From: a virus
Taxonomy: Duplodnaviria > Caudoviricetes
Reading direction: 5' to 3' (one strand)
DNA length: 64,000 nucleotides
IMG/VR virus record: IMGVR_UViG_3300042139_000023
This document shows, piece by piece, positions 36,631 to 46,477 of this stretch. Position 1 is the first letter of the stretch. Every line of letters starts with the position of its first letter. A model generated the notes under the pieces. It made no database searches. It had not been told where the DNA came from and saw only the letters and a list, made by a program, of their open reading frames with translations. The translations under genes and the position numbers were made by a program.

Positions 36631-36921
36631 TCAGACGCCGTGCACCGACATCCCGGGAATCCAGAAGCGGGTGTCTCCCGTCTCGGTGTGCTGGAGCTGC
36701 ACCCGATCGGCCAGGACAAGCAGGTCGTCCGCGTGGCGGTACTGCACCGCCAGAGCCACCAGGAAGGCGCTGTACTCCCTGACGTCGGCTTCCAGGTAGA
36801 CGCAGTCGGTCCCGTTGTCGGGGTGCGGTCCGCGCTTGATCCCCTGCCACGTCAGGTTGGCGTAGGTCAGAGCCCGGCCGACCGCGTCCCGGCTGAGGCT
36901 TATCCGCATATCCGAGTCCAC
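36631..36921 (-). CDS. hypothetical protein
   Basis: ORF track; purine-rich RBS on - strand. Confidence 0.65.
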   Translation of the reverse strand: MDSDMRISLSRDAVGRALTYANLTWQGIKRGPHPDNGTDCVYLEADVREYSAFLVALAVQYRHADDLLVLADRVQLQHTETGDTRFWIPGMSVHGV

Positions 36922-37001
36922 TTTTTACCCCCTCGTTTCTTCTCTTTTCCTGCCTGTATTCTACTCCTATCCCCTGGTCAGAGCGATAGAAGAGGTTCAA
37001 G

Positions 37002-37247
37002 TTGCAACCGCTGAACGTGGTGGAGCAGGAGTTCGAAGGGACTGCGATGATGGTGGCAGTCCCCCAGACCGGCACCCTTCCCCAGGATCCCCACGTGCCC
37101 ATGCCGTCGCCCCTGCGCGCCATCCTGTACGCCGTCATCGCCACCGTCCTGGCCGCCTCCCTGTACGTATGCATCGAAGCGGCCGTCATGATCTACGACT
37201 TCTACCAGATCATCCAGTGGTTGGGGGCGCTCGCGGAGCACTCCTGA
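37002..37247 (+). CDS. small membrane protein
   Basis: Hydrophobic C-terminal half. Confidence 0.55.
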   Translation: MQPLNVVEQEFEGTAMMVAVPQTGTLPQDPHVPMPSPLRAILYAVIATVLAASLYVCIEAAVMIYDFYQIIQWLGALAEHS

Positions 37248-37281
37248 GACACTGTCCGTACGAACTGAAGGGGAGGTCGAG

Positions 37282-37458
37282 ATGGCCACGCAAGCCAGCT
37301 CCAGCGGGTGCAGCAGCACCACAACGGGGATCCGTGGATCCCTGACCGGCCGTGTCACCCGCGAGCCGGTGCGCAACTACTGGCCAGATCACGACATGAC
37401 CCCGAGGACCGACTTCATCAGCGAGCGGAATCGCACCGCTCTGATGTGGCGACTCTGA
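37282..37458 (+). CDS. small hypothetical protein (58 aa)
   Basis: ATG after GGGGAGGT. Confidence 0.5.
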   Translation: MATQASSSGCSSTTTGIRGSLTGRVTREPVRNYWPDHDMTPRTDFISERNRTALMWRL

Positions 37459-37512
37459 CGGACCTTTCCCGGTAGGATTTCTCCAGGAAAACGGAGAAGA
37501 AGGGACCGGGAA

Positions 37513-38019
37513 ATGTCGAAGTGGCCACAGCCGCATGAAGGTGTCGCCGGAGTCAAGCGGACCCGGGACGACCTGCTCAGCCTGGACCCGGCAGCACTGC
37601 GCCGCCGGGTCATCATCCTCGACATCGCCCGGTCCTTGTGGCAGGCGACTCTGCGGGGAGCCCACAACGAGTACGGCCGGAGCGCGTACGAGCGCATGAG
37701 CAAGCCGCGCATGGGTGATCTGGTCGTCGAGACGATGGGCATGGCGCACCCCTCGAAGGCCGATCGCGACGGCAGCGCGCTCGCCATCCACAGCTTCGGA
37801 ATCATGCTCGGCGAGCGCACCGAGTGGGCCTGCACGAACGAGAAGTGGCAGGAGTACGTCGAGGAGGATCCCGATCTCACCGACGACGACCGGGCCACCG
37901 ACACGGCGATCTATGTCCAGTACGGTCCGGAGCCTGAAGACGTCTGCCGCTGGGTGAACTGCTCCGTCATCGCCCTGCCGACCGGGGCGCTGTACCACAC
38001 GGCCGATCAGAATCCTTGA
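37513..38019 (+). CDS. hypothetical protein
   Basis: ORF with RBS. Confidence 0.7.
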   Translation: MSKWPQPHEGVAGVKRTRDDLLSLDPAALRRRVIILDIARSLWQATLRGAHNEYGRSAYERMSKPRMGDLVVETMGMAHPSKADRDGSALAIHSFGIMLGERTEWACTNEKWQEYVEEDPDLTDDDRATDTAIYVQYGPEPEDVCRWVNCSVIALPTGALYHTADQNP

Positions 38020-38187
38020 GTTCTTCCACTCCGTTCGGCATCCATCGAAACGCTTGCCTCGGCAGTCCCCCAGAAGAGACGATGGACTTGCTCACGAGGC
38101 GCCTTCACCGACCCGGACTGGCCCCTCCAGGACCCCGCTGCCCGGCTCTTGCCCAGCCGACTTCACCGGCAGCGGGGTTCGCCCATC

Positions 38188-38952
38188 TCAGCTCACGTCC
38201 ATGTTCGGGTACCGCTTCTTCACGGCCGCCCGCACCTTGCGCTTGTCCTCGTCGGAACCGAACTGCTCGACCCGGGACAGGGCGCTGCGAGCCCGAGCCG
38301 GGGTGTCGATGGGGTACTTGCGGCCCGGCAGAGCGAAGGCGGAGTCCGGCAGCTTGTTGCGCTTGTCGGCGTTCAGAGGCGCTTCCTGGAGGTCGCTCTC
38401 CCCCATGTAGCTGTACTCGTCCTCGTCGGGATCGCCGTACTCGTAGTCGTCGACCGGCGGCTCGGCCATCGGATCGCCGTACTGGTCCTCGATCGCCTGC
38501 TGAAGGTCGTCGAGGGTGTCGCCGTCCACGAACTGGCTCAGCACGGCGAGCGCCATGCGGGCGTCCTCCTCGCAGGGGAAGGACGACATGTTCTCGCGTA
38601 CGAACTCGACCGCCGCCTCCTTCTGCTCCTCCTTGTCGCCCTCTCCCTTCTTCTGGAGCCATGGCGGCAGGGCTTCCAGCAGGCCGGACTTCTCCAGGGT
38701 GGCACGCGGCTTGATCTGCGGGCTGGTCGCCTCCTGGGCGGTCTCCCAGGGCCGCTGCGACTCGTCCATGCCGCGCTTGCGGGTGGCCGTGCCGCCCGGG
38801 TAGTCAGCCTCCTGCTGGGTGCGGAAGCCGATCCCGTTCCGGGTGTATCGCTTGTCCTTCACTGCCGTGCGCAGACCCATCGGCATGTCCGAGCTGGCTG
38901 CCTCGCGCAGACCGGTCGTCTTCAGGCTGTGACTGTCGTATCCGTTGGCCAC
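38188..38952 (-). CDS. acidic protein with C-terminal DUF6582-like domain
   Basis: LNADKRNKLPDSAFALPGRKYPIDTPARARSALSR. Confidence 0.65.
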   Translation of the reverse strand: MANGYDSHSLKTTGLREAASSDMPMGLRTAVKDKRYTRNGIGFRTQQEADYPGGTATRKRGMDESQRPWETAQEATSPQIKPRATLEKSGLLEALPPWLQKKGEGDKEEQKEAAVEFVRENMSSFPCEEDARMALAVLSQFVDGDTLDDLQQAIEDQYGDPMAEPPVDDYEYGDPDEDEYSYMGESDLQEAPLNADKRNKLPDSAFALPGRKYPIDTPARARSALSRVEQFGSDEDKRKVRAAVKKRYPNMDVS

Positions 38953-39011
38953 TGCTCCACCTCATTTCCGGGCGTGCCCGTATCCAGAAGAGCGTATCCG
39001 TGGGAACGGCG

Positions 39012-39048
39012 AACGGCCCGCCTCCAGGGTCTGGGGAGGCGGGCCGTT
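39012..39048 (-). terminator. GC-rich hairpin after TerD gene
   Basis: AACGGCCCGCCTCC..GGAGGCGGGCCGTT. Confidence 0.6.
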
Positions 39049-39067
39049 CTGTCCTGCGCGGTGTAGG

Positions 39068-39751
39068 TCAGCCGTTGTTGACGGCGGCGGCCTGACGGAT
39101 GAGGTCCATCTGGTCACCGTGCTTGACGCGCACGCGGGTGTTCTTCTTCTCCATCGTCCACTGCGTGGTGTTGCCGACGCGGTCGAGGACCGTGACGATC
39201 ACGCAGTTCTCGGTTCCGAGCAGGGAGGGGCGGATGCAGAACTCCGGCTTGGCACCGGGGCCGCCGGTCCCGTCGTAGACGGAGGTGAGGACGTTGTTGG
39301 CACCCTGGAAGCCCTGGTCGCCGAGCTTCTTGTTCTTGTCCTTGAAGGCGGCGACCATGATGACGATCCGGTGGAACTCCCCGGGGATCTTGTCGAGGTG
39401 GAAGGTGACCGTCTCGTCGTCGCCCTCACCCTCACCGGTCTGGTTGTCGCCGGAGTGCGTGACCGACCCGTCGCCGGGCTGGCCGTGCAGCGGGTTCACG
39501 AGGCTGTCCCACCCGGCACACAGCACCACGGGCTCGTTGTCCTGGAAGAGGACGGCGACCACGTCGAGGTCGCTGCCCGCCTTCTTGAAGACCTTCCCGA
39601 GCAGGCCGCCCTTGCCTCGGGACGACGCGTCCCAGGAGACTCCGACCGACACGGTGCCGGTGATGTCCAGCTTCTGGCCGACGCCGAGCACCGGCACACC
39701 GGCCGGAGCGAGCTGCGCGTCCGACAGGGTCTCCTTGGTCATGTCCGCCAT
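39068..39751 (-). CDS. terD: TerD-domain protein
   Basis: GVSWD, SDLDV, HSGDNQTGEGEGDDE motifs. Confidence 0.85.
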   Translation of the reverse strand: MADMTKETLSDAQLAPAGVPVLGVGQKLDITGTVSVGVSWDASSRGKGGLLGKVFKKAGSDLDVVAVLFQDNEPVVLCAGWDSLVNPLHGQPGDGSVTHSGDNQTGEGEGDDETVTFHLDKIPGEFHRIVIMVAAFKDKNKKLGDQGFQGANNVLTSVYDGTGGPGAKPEFCIRPSLLGTENCVIVTVLDRVGNTTQWTMEKKNTRVRVKHGDQMDLIRQAAAVNNG

Positions 39752-39906
39752 TACTTGGTCCTCCCGACCCGGAACCCGTTCAGGGTGCCGTCGTTGTCCG
39801 GCCCCTTGCCCCGGTCGCCCGCCGGGATGCCGCTGCTGCCGTTGCCGGACCCACTGGATCCGGAACCGCCGGAGCTTCCACTTCCGTTCTGGAATTCGAG
39901 CGTCAC
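39751..39906 (-). CDS. 51-aa Gly/Ser-rich peptide
   Basis: GTG after AAAGGGAAGAG; TAATG coupling to terD. Confidence 0.6.
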   Translation of the reverse strand: MTLEFQNGSGSSGGSGSSGSGNGSSGIPAGDRGKGPDNDGTLNGFRVGRTK

Positions 39907-39947
39907 GCTCTTCCCTTTCCTCGGCTTATTCTGCCGTTTTTCCGTTG

Positions 39948-39988
39948 CTGCCTAGGCCAGTCTATCCACATCAACATGTTTGCCGCAA
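39948..39988 (-). promoter_or_regulatory. TTGCGG-18-TAGACT promoter with abutting operator TGGCCTAGGCAG
   Basis: Read on - strand. Confidence 0.65.
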
Positions 39989-40133
39989 GCCTGTCTTGGC
40001 GATCTGCATCACAGAGTGTTCCCATGTTTCCAGGCATTCGGTGAACGATGAACCGAGAGTGACACGTGCAGGTCAACGGCGATATGATGCCTATCATGAT
40101 CCCCGTGTTCCGGGGACAAGGAAGGGAGAGAAC

Positions 40134-40895
40134 GTGAACGAGAAGCAGCCCTGGACGGGCATCGCCCCGTCGCCGACGGTTCTCGGTCAGCTCGACTACG
40201 AAGAGATGGCGGTCCTGGCCCTGCTCTCCTGGTCGACCGCCACGAACAGGCCCGTGACGTCGCTCGACGTGGCCAACCTCGAAGACCGCGACGGCAAGAA
40301 GCTCGGCCCGGCCGAGGCGAAGGACATCGTGCGCCAGCTCGGCGACCTGAAGATCGCGTCGGTGTACGGCATGGGCAACGACCGTCCCATGTCGGTGCGG
40401 CTCGGCGGCTTCGTGCCCAGGATGCCCCGTAAGTTCGACGACCGGCGCCCGGCACCCCAGCGCACCTCCTCCGCCGCCCCCCGCAGTGCACCCGCAGCGG
40501 CCCGGCGTCCGGAGTCCCGCAGCAAGCCGCCGCAGGGCAAGCGGGGCGGCACTCCCCCGTGGGTGCTGAAGGAGCGCCGGGTGGAGACCGGCCTGGCCGT
40601 CAGCCCGCGCACCCCCGACTACGTCCTGCCGGAGGCGACGCGCCTGCGTGAGGAGCAGATCCGGATCGAGAGCGGCGAGTTCTCGGGCACGCTCGTCGAG
40701 CAGGCGCAGGCCCGTCTCGCTGTGCTGGAAGGGCGCATCCGGCTGTACGAGAAGTGGCTGCGCGACGAGCCCCGGCACCCGGCCCTCCCGGGCGCCCTGG
40801 AGAAGAAGCGCAAGGCGGTGCCGGAGATGAAGTTCCAGATCGAGCGGGCCGCCGTGAAGCAGGCCGAGATGGCGGCGGAGGCGAGCGGTGAATGA
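40134..40895 (+). CDS. hypothetical protein, possible winged-helix N-terminus
   Basis: GTG after GGGAGAG. Confidence 0.6.
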   Translation: MNEKQPWTGIAPSPTVLGQLDYEEMAVLALLSWSTATNRPVTSLDVANLEDRDGKKLGPAEAKDIVRQLGDLKIASVYGMGNDRPMSVRLGGFVPRMPRKFDDRRPAPQRTSSAAPRSAPAAARRPESRSKPPQGKRGGTPPWVLKERRVETGLAVSPRTPDYVLPEATRLREEQIRIESGEFSGTLVEQAQARLAVLEGRIRLYEKWLRDEPRHPALPGALEKKRKAVPEMKFQIERAAVKQAEMAAEASGE

Positions 40896-41328
40896 CGGCC
40901 TGAACGAGGAGTTCCAGCGGTCGCGGGCGGAGAGAAGGCGGCTGGCCGAGATGAGCCAGCGAATGCGGATGGAGAACGAGCGGGCCGTCCGGCTGGTGCT
41001 CGACGAGTACTTCCCCGAGGGGGTACCGACCGACCTGCTGGAACGGATCTGCATGATCCAGAACTCCCTGATCAGGGAGATCGTGACGGCAGACAAGGTC
41101 ACCCGCGAACTGCACGACGGCATCAACCGGATCGGCGAGGAGGCGGCTCAGCGCTGGGTGAACGGCTTCAAGGAGTGCGCCGACCAGGTGCGCACCTTCG
41201 CAGCCGAGCTGAACCTGAGTCAGGCGGTCGTGGACAGCCTGCTGCGCAACGACTCCAGCGTGCGTGAGACGGAGGCGGCGGCCAGAGACCAGGCCGCCAC
41301 CCAGCAGGTGGAGTGGTCGCGGACCTGA
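40888..41328 (+). CDS. hypothetical coiled-coil protein
   Basis: ORF track. Confidence 0.65.
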   Translation: MNDGLNEEFQRSRAERRRLAEMSQRMRMENERAVRLVLDEYFPEGVPTDLLERICMIQNSLIREIVTADKVTRELHDGINRIGEEAAQRWVNGFKECADQVRTFAAELNLSQAVVDSLLRNDSSVRETEAAARDQAATQQVEWSRT

Positions 41329-41486
41329 CACCCTTGCCGGGTGGCGAAGTTCCGGCCCCCGTCCTGGGCCGAGCCCGAGTCGGGCGAGGACACGATCGAG
41401 ATCGAGTACACCGACGGGTCAACAACGAAGGAGCTGCACCTTCCGCTCTCGTGGCGGATCGGGTGCAGCTCCTTCCGGCGTCTGTG

Positions 41487-41759
41487 TCAGGCCGTGGCGT
41501 CGGCCTGGGCCTCGATCTCCTGCTTCTTGCCGACGAAGAAGTAGCCGTTCTTGCGCGGCGTCCCCTTGCCGGTGTTCCGGTCCTCGTGCAGGTACTTCAC
41601 GTTGATCGAGCGGTGGTTCTTCCCGCTCGGGTAGCTGACGATGTTGGCGTTGGCGTAGCCCGTGTAGAACGAGGTAACGAGGATGCGGCGCCCACCGTCA
41701 CGCGGGTCGGCCGACTCGTAGATGTTGTCCTTCTCGATCTTGTAGTCCTGGTCGCTCAC
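41487..41759 (-). CDS. hypothetical protein
   Basis: GTG after GGAAGAGGAGA. Confidence 0.6.
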   Translation of the reverse strand: MSDQDYKIEKDNIYESADPRDGGRRILVTSFYTGYANANIVSYPSGKNHRSINVKYLHEDRNTGKGTPRKNGYFFVGKKQEIEAQADATA

Positions 41760-42544
41760 GTACTCTCCTCTTCCGAAGGGATGGCGGAGACCGCCCTGAT
41801 CTCCAGCCGCTGGCCGCACATGGCCAGGATCTTCTCTGCCCACGACAGGGTCAGCGTCGCCTTTCCGGTGAGCATCTGACTCATGTGCTTGGTGGACACC
41901 CCGAGCCTGCGGGCCGCCGCCGCCTGACTGATCCCGGATTCCTCCAAGGCCGCCCGCACCTGACCCCGCAGGCTGTCCTGCACGCCGGGCGAACCGCGAC
42001 CGGCCAGCACGTCCGACAGCTCACCGCGCCGCTCCTCCCACCACCAGCTCTGCGGCGGTCCGAACGGCGCGGTCAGGGTGTTCCAGTATTCCAGCAGGCC
42101 GTAGACGCGTTCGATGAATTCCTCGGCCTGCTGGGCGTTCTCGAACCGCCGCATGTACCGGACCCCCGGCAGGATCTCCTTCCCGGCCAGCGCACCGATC
42201 ACCTTCAGGCTGTCGTACGGCACGTAGGTGCCGTCGTCGCGGATCATCCACTCGGCGACGGCCGCCCTGTACCGCTCGATCGTCGACTCGGCGGCCTGTG
42301 CCCGGCGGTTCAGGTTCCGGTTGGTCTGCCGGGCTTCCGCCAGCTCGGCCGCCATCTGGACGGGGTCGCCGACGTGCATGATCTTCGATATCTCGGTGTA
42401 CAGCCTGCTGCGGGCCGCTCCGTCCTCGATCACGTCGCTGATCACGTGATTGACCTCGGACATCAGCGCGGCCAGGGCGGGGTCGCATCGGTGGCACCAG
42501 CCGTGGTCCACGCAGTGCCGGGTCTGCTTGCAGGGGCTACTCAT
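41756..42544 (-). CDS. protein with C-terminal XRE/Cro-type HTH
   Basis: ISQAAAARRLGVSTKHMSQMLTGKATLT. Confidence 0.75.
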   Translation of the reverse strand: MSSPCKQTRHCVDHGWCHRCDPALAALMSEVNHVISDVIEDGAARSRLYTEISKIMHVGDPVQMAAELAEARQTNRNLNRRAQAAESTIERYRAAVAEWMIRDDGTYVPYDSLKVIGALAGKEILPGVRYMRRFENAQQAEEFIERVYGLLEYWNTLTAPFGPPQSWWWEERRGELSDVLAGRGSPGVQDSLRGQVRAALEESGISQAAAARRLGVSTKHMSQMLTGKATLTLSWAEKILAMCGQRLEIRAVSAIPSEEEST

Positions 42545-42836
42545 CACCCTCGCCGACCATCTCGTAGAGGTGCCAGACCAGACCGGCTGGGTCGCGGTCG
42601 GTGGTGCCACGCCACTTCGCCTTCTCGGGCAGGGGGTGGCCGGTCCCGAAGACCTGGAAGGTCCGTTGGAGCAGCGTGCCGTTCGGCGCCGGGGTGACGT
42701 CCTCGGCCCAGAACTCCACGACCGGCATCTTCCCGGGTGCCCACTCCTGGGTGGCCACCTTCTTCACGATTCCGTACACCACGTGCCGGTGCTCCCGGTC
42801 ATCGACCGGAACCTCGTACCTGAACATCCGCCTCAT
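42537..42836 (-). CDS. hypothetical phage protein
   Basis: GTGHP..GT..LVWHLYE pattern seen in small phage proteins. Confidence 0.65.
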   Translation of the reverse strand: MRRMFRYEVPVDDREHRHVVYGIVKKVATQEWAPGKMPVVEFWAEDVTPAPNGTLLQRTFQVFGTGHPLPEKAKWRGTTDRDPAGLVWHLYEMVGEGDE

Positions 42837-43042
42837 CGCTTCTTCCTCTCCGCTCTGGCGCACATCCACGCCATCAGTCGTCCCGGAACCAGGTGGATCC
42901 GGTGTCCCATCCTGTGCTTGACCTCGTACAGATCCTGCCATCCCCAGTCAGCCGGTTCGCGGAGCCAGTGCACCAGCTCGTGGCGCCACCCCATATCGCG
43001 GTGGTCCTCGTGCCGCTCGCGCCAGCTCCGCATCCGCCTCAC
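42833..43042 (-). CDS. small Trp/His/Arg-rich protein
   Basis: ORF track. Confidence 0.5.
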   Translation of the reverse strand: MRRMRSWRERHEDHRDMGWRHELVHWLREPADWGWQDLYEVKHRMGHRIHLVPGRLMAWMCARAERKKR

Positions 43043-43869
43043 CGGATTCCCATCTCCTTGCGCAGCCTGTCGGCCGTCTCCTGTGCCGTGCGGGCCGTCC
43101 GGTCCAGCTCCCTGACGGCAGACTCCGCCCGATCCTTTGCCCTGTCCAGGCTGAGTTGCCCCTGAACGAGGGCCTGAAGGACTTCAGCGGCCCCCTCCGG
43201 CTCCAGCTTGCCCTCCCAGGAGTACTCGGCCAGGCCGACCCCCAGCGCCGCTTCCAGGCGGTCCAGAAGCTCCAGGCGGCGCTTGTCCTTCTCGTTGAAG
43301 GTGCCCCGCTGGCGCTGGGTCTGCCGCTCCTGCTCGTAGAACTTCTGCCGAAGCTCCCGCTCCAGGCGCTGGAGTGCATTCGTCCGGGTCGTCTCGGTGT
43401 TCTTCAGCAGGGTGATGAGCAGGGGAATGGTGAGCCTGAAGTCCTCCTCGCTGCGCTCCTCGGGCTTGACCAGCACCTTGAAGCGGCGCCCGCGCGGACC
43501 GGGCATCATCAGGCCCCACCCCTTGGGCAGCTCCCCGTCCTTGACGATCCCCTCGTGCGGCACGACCAGCCAGAAGTGGTGGCAGTACGACCACCAGGCT
43601 TCCGCCTTCTTCGGCTCCTTCAGCTCCCGGAGCCAGTCGGCACGGCTCACCTTCAGCTCGCAGACCTCGATCGTCCCGGCACCCCGCGAGTTCCACAGGC
43701 CGATGTGCACCGCGTCGGCCCGGCGGCCGGAGTGCCCCGGTGCGGTGACTTCCGTCAGGTACACGGCCCCGGCCCCGGCCAGGGCGAGCTGGTCCTTGTC
43801 GCTGATGAAGTGCTGGCGGAGCCTGTCATCCAGCTCCGCCGTGGTCATCCCGTTGGGCGTGGCCATCAC
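43039..43869 (-). CDS. MmcB-like PD-(D/E)xK nuclease-fold protein
   Basis: RADAV..ELKVSRADW..EL..CHHFWLV. Confidence 0.6.
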   Translation of the reverse strand: MMATPNGMTTAELDDRLRQHFISDKDQLALAGAGAVYLTEVTAPGHSGRRADAVHIGLWNSRGAGTIEVCELKVSRADWLRELKEPKKAEAWWSYCHHFWLVVPHEGIVKDGELPKGWGLMMPGPRGRRFKVLVKPEERSEEDFRLTIPLLITLLKNTETTRTNALQRLERELRQKFYEQERQTQRQRGTFNEKDKRRLELLDRLEAALGVGLAEYSWEGKLEPEGAAEVLQALVQGQLSLDRAKDRAESAVRELDRTARTAQETADRLRKEMGIR

Positions 43870-44576
43870 GCTTCCCCTTCCCTGACAAGGCCCTTCGGCC
43901 GAGCCTTCGGATCCCTCAGATCCTCTTCATTCCATGCGGCCGGAGGAGCCCAGCCCGCCTTCTTTGCCCACGCTTTCGCCCGGTTGGAGTCCGGCTCGGC
44001 GATCCCGTAATCCAAGGGATCGGCGTCCCACATTCTGCGGTAGGCGTGGAAGATCGCGCTCTCCATCGAGACCCGGATGGTGGTCCGGCGCCCCTGCCTG
44101 ATGGCCCCGATCGTCTCGGTCGTTGTGCCGTCCACCTCACGAGCCAGCACAGGGAGGGAGAACCCACGGGCGCTGAGCGCCTGAAGGATGCGCCGAGCGG
44201 CCGTCGCGTCGGTCATGCCATCCAGCTCTGGTCGGTAGGTTTTCGGCGGAATCTCGATCGCCAGAATGGCGCGCTCGGTGTCCCGGTGGATGCGCTCGAT
44301 TCGGTTGGCCACCAGGTGTCCGACCGTGCCGCGCGCCAGTCCCGACTTCCTGGCGATGTCCGCGAGCGACATGCCCGCATCCCGCAGGAGGCGGCAATGG
44401 GCTCCAGCCGGGGCAGCGCTGACGTTCGCGCGCTGGCCCCGGTGAACGTTGACCTTGCTCCGCTTCTGCTGACGGAAGAGCGCCAGCCGACACTCCTCCC
44501 GGTCGCACCCGTACCTCCCGCAAGAGGCAGACCCGTGCTCGACCTTCGACCTGACCGGCCGCTCCACGCTCTTCAC
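43866..44576 (-). CDS. HTH DNA-binding protein with N-terminal Cys cluster
   Basis: MSLADIARKSGLARGTV; second HTH-like GFSLPVLAREV. Confidence 0.7.
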   Translation of the reverse strand: MKSVERPVRSKVEHGSASCGRYGCDREECRLALFRQQKRSKVNVHRGQRANVSAAPAGAHCRLLRDAGMSLADIARKSGLARGTVGHLVANRIERIHRDTERAILAIEIPPKTYRPELDGMTDATAARRILQALSARGFSLPVLAREVDGTTTETIGAIRQGRRTTIRVSMESAIFHAYRRMWDADPLDYGIAEPDSNRAKAWAKKAGWAPPAAWNEEDLRDPKARPKGLVREGEA

Positions 44577-44586
44577 CCTTTCCGCT

Positions 44587-45150
44587 TCAGCCGTAGTACG
44601 ACTGGTTCATCTCCTCGTAGTACGCGTCGATCTGCTCCTGCTGCTCTCGGTCGAAGTCGGCCTCGGTGCAGCCCTCCTCCCCGCAGGGCCAGGGCAAGAT
44701 CTTCCGGCCGTCCGGGTAACACGCCTTGCACCAGCGGTGGTCGGCGCAGATGTGACCCGGTACACCCGGCATGTCACAGGGCGGCGGCGGGAGCTGGCAG
44801 GTGTGCTCAACCGGCTCGGCCTCGATCAGCTTGATCCCGTGAGGGCAGTACACGCCCCACTCCGGCCGCCGGGCGGCCGACAGGCCGCACTCGTAGACGC
44901 CTCCACTGGCCGTCTCGATCCGCACGACCTCCTCGTCCCGGTGGACGACCGTACCGGTGCGCTCCCGGTCACCGTCGGGAACCGTGATCATCCCCCGCAG
45001 GCGGGGCCACTGGCACTGGGGCTGCGGGCACTTCTCGACGTCGCCCTCGTGCATGACGATGGCGCCGCTCTCGTCGGCGTCGTGGAACTGCCGGATGCCG
45101 AGCCCCTTCAGACCCGTCACAAAGGGGCTCTCACCGAATACGGCGTCCAT
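44587..45150 (-). CDS. Cys-rich hypothetical protein
   Basis: ORF track. Confidence 0.65.
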   Translation of the reverse strand: MDAVFGESPFVTGLKGLGIRQFHDADESGAIVMHEGDVEKCPQPQCQWPRLRGMITVPDGDRERTGTVVHRDEEVVRIETASGGVYECGLSAARRPEWGVYCPHGIKLIEAEPVEHTCQLPPPPCDMPGVPGHICADHRWCKACYPDGRKILPWPCGEEGCTEADFDREQQEQIDAYYEEMNQSYYG

Positions 45151-45563
45151 CAGACGAGTCCCTTCCGGCGCCGGATGTCATAGACCCACGCCGCGATGAC
45201 GGCGCCGCACTGGATCAGCTCGGTCTCCAGCTTGTCCAGGTCCCCGGCGGCGGCCTCGGTCAGGGCCTCGTAGACCTCCTCCAGCAGGATGAAGTCCCAG
45301 GCGGTGTGCTTGTGGTCGCCTTCCGGCTGGCACCGGCTGCACCGGCCGACGGTCCGGCTGGGCGTCTCGCGCTCGTCGTTGACGCCCTTCATGATCCCGG
45401 CTTTGTACTCGTAATGGTGGTGCGTCACGAAGGCGATGTCACGGGGATCGATGTCGGGGTGGATCTGGTCGCCCCACTTCTTGAGCTGGCGGGCGCGCTC
45501 GTCGTCCACCTTCTCCGCGAAGTCCTTCATGCCGGGCACCGCCAGCAGGATGGGGTAGCTCAC
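45150..45563 (-). CDS. MazG-like NTP pyrophosphohydrolase
   Basis: LLEEVYEA..ETELIQCGAV. Confidence 0.65.
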   Translation of the reverse strand: MSYPILLAVPGMKDFAEKVDDERARQLKKWGDQIHPDIDPRDIAFVTHHHYEYKAGIMKGVNDERETPSRTVGRCSRCQPEGDHKHTAWDFILLEEVYEALTEAAAGDLDKLETELIQCGAVIAAWVYDIRRRKGLV

Positions 45564-46030
45564 GTCGGTTCCTCCTCGTTCACCGAGCCGCCAGGCAGCA
45601 GCTCCTTCAGAATGTCGACCGGTCCGGGCTTGCCCTTGCCCCACTCGGCCATGCCCTTCATCGACATGGCCAGGAAGTCGGCATCGTTCGCCGACATGCG
45701 CACCTCGACCCGGCGGCCGACCGCGCCCTTCGTGCCGTCCGTGATGCGCACCTCGAAGCAGAGAGCCGTGTCGGGCTCACGCTCCCGGTACCAGGCGATC
45801 TCCTGCGGCCAGACCGCACTGACCGGCTGGGCCAGCCAGGTGGCCGGGCGCCGCTCGCGCCGCATGGACTGCATCCGGAGCTTCGCGTACGCCAGGTGCA
45901 GGATGTGGTCGATCTCCTGCGCCGGATTCGTGTGGCTCCAGTCGGACCCGGCCCACTCGTCGAGCACCTTGCGCACTTCGGCCAGCGCGTCCAGCGCCAC
46001 GTCGGCGCGCGTCGGCTCACCCTTCTTCAT
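45560..46030 (-). CDS. hypothetical protein
   Basis: ORF track. Confidence 0.65.
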   Translation of the reverse strand: MKKGEPTRADVALDALAEVRKVLDEWAGSDWSHTNPAQEIDHILHLAYAKLRMQSMRRERRPATWLAQPVSAVWPQEIAWYREREPDTALCFEVRITDGTKGAVGRRVEVRMSANDADFLAMSMKGMAEWGKGKPGPVDILKELLPGGSVNEEEPT

Positions 46031-46187
46031 CGCCGGGCTCCTTCGACAGGCTCGTGACCACCGGCCCCTGCTCCGGCTTCATGCCGAGCTGGGACAGCTT
46101 CTTGTACAGCTCGGCCGAACCGACGAGCAGGCCCGACAGGATCGCCGAACCTGCCACGCCGACACCGAGCACCTGGCCTGCGTCCAT
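46017..46187 (-). CDS. small membrane peptide (56 aa)
   Basis: MDAGQVLGVGVAGSAILSGLLVG; TGATG coupling. Confidence 0.5.
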   Translation of the reverse strand: MDAGQVLGVGVAGSAILSGLLVGSAELYKKLSQLGMKPEQGPVVTSLSKEPGDEEG

Positions 46188-46477
46188 CAGTCCTCCCGCC
46201 TGGTCACGACCATGACGCCCCGGGCGTCGAAGCGCACGACGTTCCGGCCGTCCGCCCGCATGACCTCCATCAGGCCGTTGCGCTGCTCCTGTTCGCTCTG
46301 CCGTGAGCGCAGGAGATGGGCCGCCTCGTCGGCCACGGCGAACTCCATCACCGCGCCGGTCTCCAGCCGAACTCCGGGCAGGGTGCGCCCGAGGAAGCAG
46401 TCCTTGTTCTGGCAGCGGGAGATCGTCGGGTACATCAGCCCGTGCAGCAGCCGGACCATGCTGACGCGCTCGCTCAC
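46187..46477 (-). CDS. hypothetical protein
   Basis: GTG in frame with 46187..46849. Confidence 0.6.
   Translation of the reverse strand: MSERVSMVRLLHGLMYPTISRCQNKDCFLGRTLPGVRLETGAVMEFAVADEAAHLLRSRQSEQEQRNGLMEVMRADGRNVVRFDARGVMVVTRRED

Noticed and set aside
38040-38090. Hammerhead-like string CCATC-GAAAC..GTC..GAGACGA-TGG
   Set aside because: Core reads GAGACGA rather than CTGAnGA, and no stem I forms
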